Shown: piece by piece, positions 44,101 through 47,936 of the stretch
How positions within the stretch are numbered: the stretch's first letter is position 1
Layout: each line of letters opens with the position of its first letter
The notes under the pieces: generated by a model
Databases searched by the model: none
Seen by the model: only the letters and a program-made list of their open reading frames with translations
Told to the model about the DNA's origin: nothing
Assembly (NCBI GenBank): GCA_016282435.1
Contig: JAEEKN010000380.1
Location: 1 to 47,936, forward strand
Direction of reading: 5' to 3'
Length of the DNA stretch: 47,936 nt
DNA from: Lachnospiraceae bacterium
GTDB lineage: Bacteria; Bacillota; Clostridia; Lachnospirales; Lachnospiraceae
Made by a program: the position numbers and the translations under genes

Positions 44101-44160
44101 CTTTATATGAGATATGTGAAGGTAGAGGAAGGAAAGACGACGGTTTTAAAACTTCCCTGA
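41131..44160 (+). CDS. Large signal-anchored/secreted transglutaminase-like (papain-fold Cys-His-Asp) protein
   Basis: N-terminal hydrophobic segment CLIATLIAVVMITGVFTA. The transglutaminase core GRCGEEATFVVNVLRSVGIPARECDVDWSIVLGGHAFVQILVDGEWHYMGACEPD holds the Cys, His and Asp. Confidence 0.8.
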   Translation: MILGKKACLSRIGKCLIATLIAVVMITGVFTATDFSPVRAAVDKSAAQNEVKSKVTKKEAKNFVKKVAKVNKIKNILKKHSSFSISYVDYDLWIDKEKAFYNNLVSKRSIYADEDFICILEGDDPSTFYYVVDTDGRGDKYAGTNAYNLVDNILTADNLLEEKPASLVNDGKTITYTGKLSKENIEVFKKLLGITEDVKEVYSRLVVKADTYEVLEYATYSIGKEEHPEFCVQYAYDTEEPVGCCLLRRMAHRQERDTVKFSVIRDKGTEKEYIKQMTIPQNCGVMVYAKGTDGQYIDDGFTKLFEKWDRKSDITLYCRTVENSDGNADSETDEISSKLDEEYERLLPDLGPRLEEWNAELAKCSEEEKRIMKYYFITTSMNELCSIDFSLLHSYASHAAQLRENMPWTKALDEDTFLCYVASYKVYVEPVVDCRPFFYEQLSELVKGKSLTEAALLVNFWCGCQATYEDSDERAASPLGMYNGGAGRCGEEATFVVNVLRSVGIPARECDVDWSIVLGGHAFVQILVDGEWHYMGACEPDPVLDSGWFTGRLGSLICTSSYSFSEIGVGQSYIDDYGVYKINDIADFTDTKKITITVLDKDGKPAPNVSTDLMVVQPGSFLSTLVTLTTDKNGEAKYSIGKGSIYAVAYMEDEWRGTWITQDQKKATISFAEEPQYDVWESFEIRYNEADAKNVQTYTDEDWRALFGTKTIDEIRAENHSGDFDPERAAAYPDCEESLRSAGRNFDELITFLEKDDDPLRSVLVKGLSEKYCCEVKSDVLEDILQGAKKVRGELNDDIFVNGILYPVYEWSYFMPQRQDVLNLFTKKQLKKFRKDPSTLKKWFEANISDKCIRQYQNGIPSLIGTLKMGYCPEGCRTVILMELARAIGIPVYQDENTLQWFYYRENEWIVADWTFDPEKESTGKVQYLLPDSEKYLGEIWTLVGDYRDYGLETWIFWPVEEGDQEEIGDLPVGDYVMLYADMSEEKSGTLYMRYVKVEEGKTTVLKLP

Positions 44161-44202
44161 TTATTTCTGAATCCCATATAGATTATAATAGGAGAAATGA
44201 GT

Positions 44203-44445
44203 ATGGAAAAAGGTTATGAAGTAATGAAACAGCTTGTAGAAAGTGGTGATTTTGAAGCGTTATCTTCGAAAGAGGATTTAGAGAAGGTACTTTTAGAACA
44301 TGGATGTTCAAAAGAAGAGATTGAGGGAATTTTATCTGAATTTGGCGGTTTCCCTCTCGATGATGAAGATCTTGCTGCTATCACCGGGGGATTTTCAACG
44401 AAGGTTCCTGTTATAGCTGATATAACACAGCCATTTCATATTTAA
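44203..44445 (+). CDS. Putative RiPP precursor peptide 1 (Nif11-like leader, double-glycine motif, 17-aa core)
   Basis: ATG at 44203 lies 7 nt after GGAGA; the ATG at 44197 is only 1 nt from the SD. 80 aa: 63-aa acidic helical leader ending PLDDEDLAAITGG, then FSTKVPVIADITQPFHI. Confidence 0.7.
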   Translation: MEKGYEVMKQLVESGDFEALSSKEDLEKVLLEHGCSKEEIEGILSEFGGFPLDDEDLAAITGGFSTKVPVIADITQPFHI

Positions 44446-44513
44446 CAAATTATTTTGAAAAGCCTGAATTCTGAGTAAACCTGCAGATCAGGTTGTATGA
44501 AGGGAGGAAGAAT

Positions 44514-44753
44514 ATGGATAAGGGTCATGAAGTAATAAAACAGCTTGTGGAAAGCGGTGAGTTTGAGGCACTGATATCAAAGGAGGATTTGGAAAAAACG
44601 CTTCTGGAGCATGGATGCTCAAAAGAAGAGATTGAAAGTGTTTTATCCGAATTTGAAGGATTCCCTTTGGACGATGATGATATCGAGGCAATCACCGGAG
44701 GCGGTAGTATGCCAAAAAGCGTTCATGTTCGGGTTTGCGACATAACTCGCTAA
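44514..44753 (+). CDS. Putative RiPP precursor peptide 2 (Nif11-like leader, double-glycine motif, 16-aa core)
   Basis: ATG at 44514 lies 6 nt after GGGAGG. 79 aa: the leader is 51/63 identical to peptide 1 and ends PLDDDDIEAITGG, then GSMPKSVHVRVCDITR. Confidence 0.7.
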   Translation: MDKGHEVIKQLVESGEFEALISKEDLEKTLLEHGCSKEEIESVLSEFEGFPLDDDDIEAITGGGSMPKSVHVRVCDITR

Positions 44754-44862
44754 ATTATATTAAGGTTTCTGAATAGGGGAAATCGGCAGTAAGAGTCGAC
44801 GATGCGGGCAGAAATGAGAAAGAAAAAAGCTTTGTGCCGGACATGACAGGGAGGAGTATGAC

Positions 44863-45927
44863 GTGACAGAACATTTAGGAAATATCACAATAAGTATATG
44901 TATGATAGTCCGTAATGAAGAGGCTGTTCTGGAGCGTTGTCTCAATTCGGTCAGGGGCGTATATGATCAGCTGGTGATAGTTGACACAGGCTCTGAAGAT
45001 GAGACCGTATCAATTGCACGTCGTTTTACGGATGAGGTTTTCTGTGAACCGTGGGAGAATGATTTCGGTAAAGCCAGAAACAGCTCGTTTTCACATGCAC
45101 GTTCAGATTATATCATTTATCTTGATGCCGATGATGTTTTGCCGGAGGAAGAAAAGGAAAAGCTTCTGAAACTTAAAACCGAGCTTTCCACCTTGCCGGA
45201 GGACGAACGTCCACGTACGATACTGATGAGTTACGATGTACCGGAGGCAGGAGGTATTTCTTTTCGTCAGCGTATGGTAGCCAGGCATGATGACAGACCA
45301 TACTGGCATGGAGCGATACATGAGTGCATGGATTATGAAAAGCCAGTAATGACTACAGATATTATGTTCCTTCACCGAAAGCTGGTACAGCCCCCGAAGG
45401 ATCGTAACTGCAACATCATCCGTGCTATACCCAGAGAAGAACTGAAGAATAACTTCTGGCTGAGTGCCCAGTGTAATCTTGATATGCTATTGGCCGGACA
45501 TGAAGAGGAGGCTGAGGAATATTTCAATATGTGCGAGGACGAGGCAGGAAGTAATATATCCGTGGTTGCAGGGAGTGGCGTAGGTACTAATCCGGATACT
45601 ACCTGTGACACCGGGGATGATAGGTATACTGGATATCCGTACATGGATATATGTCTGCAGTTGGCTTCAACTCTTAATCATCATAAGCTTTGGGAAGGGG
45701 CGTTTCGTTGGGTAAAACTGTCTGAAAGAATATGGTCGGACCACAGTGGAGCAGTTTACGATAATAGTGTGCTCCTCATGCTATACCAACAGGGAGTAAA
45801 GGCATTAACAGGCTTAGGCAGATTAGAAGAAGCTGTCTTATATAATGAAAAAGTGCTTGAACTGGCACCGGATAACCGGGCAGCTTTGATGAATCGTGCT
45901 TATTTTGCGAAGAAGCTTAAATCGTGA
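44863..45927 (+). CDS. SunS-like GT2 + TPR peptide glycosyltransferase, paralogue 1
   Basis: GTG lies 6 nt after GGGAGGAG. GT-A blocks: ISICMIVRNEEAVLERCLNSV, VIVDTGSEDET, WENDFGKARN, YLDADDVL, WHGAIHE. The helical C-terminal half has TPR-like repeats (EEAVLYNEKVLELAPDNRAALMNRAYF). Confidence 0.75.
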   Translation: MTEHLGNITISICMIVRNEEAVLERCLNSVRGVYDQLVIVDTGSEDETVSIARRFTDEVFCEPWENDFGKARNSSFSHARSDYIIYLDADDVLPEEEKEKLLKLKTELSTLPEDERPRTILMSYDVPEAGGISFRQRMVARHDDRPYWHGAIHECMDYEKPVMTTDIMFLHRKLVQPPKDRNCNIIRAIPREELKNNFWLSAQCNLDMLLAGHEEEAEEYFNMCEDEAGSNISVVAGSGVGTNPDTTCDTGDDRYTGYPYMDICLQLASTLNHHKLWEGAFRWVKLSERIWSDHSGAVYDNSVLLMLYQQGVKALTGLGRLEEAVLYNEKVLELAPDNRAALMNRAYFAKKLKS

Positions 45928-45941
45928 TCAAGGAGAAATGT

Positions 45942-47048
45942 ATGCAGGAGAATAAAGCCGGGATAACCGTAAGTGTCTGCATGATAGTACGGGATGAGTC
46001 GCCTGTCCTGGCAAGATGTCTTGACGGGGTATCGGTATTTGCGGACGAAATTGTTATCGTGGATACGGGATCGATAGATGATACACGTGAGATAGCCTTG
46101 CGCTATACAGACCGGGTATATGATTTCCCGTGGATAGATGATTTTGCCGCAGCCCGAAATGTTTCTTTCTCATATGCGTCAATGGATTATGTGATGTGGC
46201 TGGATGCGGATGATGTGATATCTTATGCTGATGCCATGCTGATAAAGGAACTGAAGCATACGCTTCCCGGTGAAACGGATATGGTGTTCTTTCTGTATGG
46301 AGGGGAACGCGATCAGGAAAATGTTTATAATAATTCTTTTGTTTTCCGTGATCGTTGGTTCCGCAGAAGCCTGAATCCTGTCTGGCACGGAAGACTCCAT
46401 GAATATGTAACTATGTCGAAAGAAGCTGTAAAATACTATGATGACCGGATATGTATCCGTCACTGCAAAGTCAGGGTAAACGATCCTGAACGTAACATGC
46501 GTATTCACAAGCTTTGTATGGCTGAACAGACAGAACCCGATGCACGCAACATGGGTTTTTTGTGCAATGAGTATTTTTCAAAAGGAGAATTGGAGAACGC
46601 TGTTTCTATGTTTGACGAACTAACCGGACAGGAACATTTCCCTGCGTTTGATGTTAAAAATGCGCTATCATCATATATTTTTAGCATGAAAAGCTTAAAA
46701 AGAAATGACGAGCTGATCTGCCGGCTTTTGTCATTACAGGAAAATGGTGTTGTAAATGAAATGCTGCTGACTGAATTAGGGGTAGCTTTTTTAGCCCGGA
46801 AAGAATATGATGAAGCTGAAAAATATCTGAAAGATGCGCTTAAACTACCCGTCGATTACCGGGATATGTCGGTACATTTTGAAGCTTATCATGAATTTAT
46901 ACCTTGTCAGAAATTATCGAAACTTTATGCTGTTAAAGGAGACATGAAGACAGCTTACGAGTATTTTAAAAGAGCTGAAAAAATTTACCCGGAAAATAAG
47001 ACGATAAAACTGAACCGTGCATATTTCAATCGGGAAAGTATTACATAG
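45942..47048 (+). CDS. SunS-like GT2 + TPR peptide glycosyltransferase, paralogue 2
   Basis: ATG at 45942 lies 5 nt after AGGAGA. GT-A blocks: VSVCMIVRDESPVLARCLDGV, VIVDTGSIDDT, WIDDFAAARN, WLDADDVI, WHGRLHE. TPR-like C-terminal half (YDEAEKYLKDALKL, MKTAYEYFKRAEKIYPENKTIKLNRAYF). Confidence 0.75.
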   Translation: MQENKAGITVSVCMIVRDESPVLARCLDGVSVFADEIVIVDTGSIDDTREIALRYTDRVYDFPWIDDFAAARNVSFSYASMDYVMWLDADDVISYADAMLIKELKHTLPGETDMVFFLYGGERDQENVYNNSFVFRDRWFRRSLNPVWHGRLHEYVTMSKEAVKYYDDRICIRHCKVRVNDPERNMRIHKLCMAEQTEPDARNMGFLCNEYFSKGELENAVSMFDELTGQEHFPAFDVKNALSSYIFSMKSLKRNDELICRLLSLQENGVVNEMLLTELGVAFLARKEYDEAEKYLKDALKLPVDYRDMSVHFEAYHEFIPCQKLSKLYAVKGDMKTAYEYFKRAEKIYPENKTIKLNRAYFNRESIT

Positions 47049-47130
47049 AAGAATGTATAAAGTATACAATAAAGACTGTGCAGAATGCATATTGCAAAAT
47101 ATGTGAAGTTTTGTTTATAATATTACAAGC

Positions 47131-47178
47131 AAAGGCGTTAATGGAAACTTTTGGTTTCAGTTAGCGCCTTTTTGTTTT
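47131..47178 (+). terminator. Strong rho-independent terminator ending the GH3-to-GT unit
   Basis: AAAGGCGTTAA (47131-47141) / TTAGCGCCTTT (47161-47171) with an inner GAAAC/GTTTC stem, followed by TTGTTTT. Confidence 0.8.
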
Positions 47179-47256
47179 CAAAATGAAACTATATGACAAT
47201 GAAAAGTAATACTGGACTGTAAATGTCCTAGGTAAAGAAGGGAGGACGAACAAAAA

Positions 47257-47936
47257 TGAATAATCAGAAGCTTGTTAAGCATACTGACAGGATAAATACT
47301 TTGTTGGCCCGTTACGGTGTGAAATTCGGTATCTATAAGAATAATACATTCAAGGAACAGTTATTTCCGTTCGATTCTATTCCGAGAATTATTGAATACT
47401 CCGAGTATAAAATGCTGGAAAAAGGGCTGAAACAGAGAGTTTTGGCCCTTAATATTTTTTTGAAGGATATATACTCTGATAAAAAAATTGTTAAGGACGG
47501 TGTTGTACCGGAAGATTTTATCTATGCTTCTTCGGGGTATATGGCAGAGTGTGAGGACGTTATGCCGATGAAGGGAATTTATTCTCATATCTCCGGTATT
47601 GACCTTGTAAAAGGCAAAGATGATGAATGGTATGTCTTAGAGGATAATTTAAGAGTTCCGTCAGGTGCATCATATCCGATGATTGCAAGGGATTTATGCA
47701 GGAAGAGTTCACCGGAGACCTTTAACCATGTAAGGTTGATCGATAACCGTAATTATGCGGATCTGCTCAGGAAAACCATGGACTATGTAAATACCGGAGG
47801 ACATACAGTAATTCTTACGCCGGGAAGATATAACTCTGCTTATTTTGAACATTCCTATCTTGCTGAAAAGACTGGTGCACATCTGGTAACAGGGTCAGAG
47901 CTATTTGTTGAAAATGATGTGTTGTATTATATAAGC
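47257..47936 (+). CDS. Circularly permuted type-2 ATP-grasp protein, N-terminal part (runs off the window)
   Basis: Absent from the ORF track because no stop is reached. The ATG at 47257 follows GGGAGG, and the frame is open to the window end (226 codons). Blocks FPFDSIPRII, LEKGLKQRVLALNIFLKDIY, HISGIDLV and WYVLEDNLRVPSGASYP match the CP_ATPgrasp_2/DUF404 family as I recall it. Confidence 0.7.

Noticed and set aside
44184-44189. TATAAT hexamer just upstream of precursor gene 1, considered as a dedicated promoter.
   Set aside because: The -35 region is poor (TTATTT). Any transcript would also start at or after the SD (44191-44195), leaving no ribosome-binding site.
44477-44493. AACCTG-CAGAT-CAGGTT hairpin between the two precursor genes, considered as a terminator or attenuator.
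   Set aside because: The stem is only 6 bp and has no T-run. It might affect mRNA processing or stability, but it cannot be called from sequence.
47257-47936. Including the ATP-grasp gene in the RiPP-like cluster.
   Set aside because: A strong intrinsic terminator and an intergenic region of about 80 nt, with the gene's own RBS, separate it from the GT genes. This family also has its own well-known partner genes, which would lie beyond the window.

Overview
47.9-kb, densely coding chromosomal window. Gene content suggests a low-GC Firmicute of the Lachnospiraceae/Butyrivibrio type (Rnf complex, domain-permuted GH3 beta-glucosidase, GGAGG ribosome-binding sites, TTGACA-17-TATAAT promoters); this is inference, not a database result. 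In order:
- thrC 3' end
- a very large, probably highly expressed Ig-like surface protein
- a minus-strand dlt-like wall-polymer acylation / TagF cluster, split by an embedded tRNA-Trp
- tgt, yajC, a CheX-like protein and a CheY-like protein
- a small ORF, a natAB-like exporter and ogg
- an Mbeg1-like hydrolase and a CarD-like regulator
- rnfCDGEAB
- a visibly AT-richer accessory patch: a 4 x 23-bp tandem repeat, a DUF4143-type ATPase, an XRE regulator, a frameshift-split secreted PPC-repeat protein, and a relic of a LuxR-type response-regulator gene
- a TetR-ABC operon
- an ABC / two ABC-2 permeases / HK / RR module
- an apparently single ~10-kb unit: GH3, a duplicated-module hypothetical, a 1009-aa transglutaminase-like protein, two precursor-like peptides and two SunS-like GT2-TPR glycosyltransferases
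- a strong terminator, then the 5' part of a circularly permuted ATP-grasp gene.

Best candidate for something undescribed: the twin peptides at 44.2-44.8 kb. They have a long Nif11-like leader ending in ITGG and short unrelated cores, and sit directly upstream of two SunS-type peptide glycosyltransferase paralogues. This looks like a glycocin-like RiPP locus whose cores resemble no known class.

Other notable items:
- a canonical T_TTA_AAG -1 slippery heptamer exactly at the junction of the split PPC-repeat gene
- a DltA-like adenylase fused to a nitroreductase domain
- a protein with four tandem MshEN-type 24-residue motifs fused to a CheX-type phosphatase domain, next to CheY.

All family calls come from motifs read by eye. 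No searches were run.
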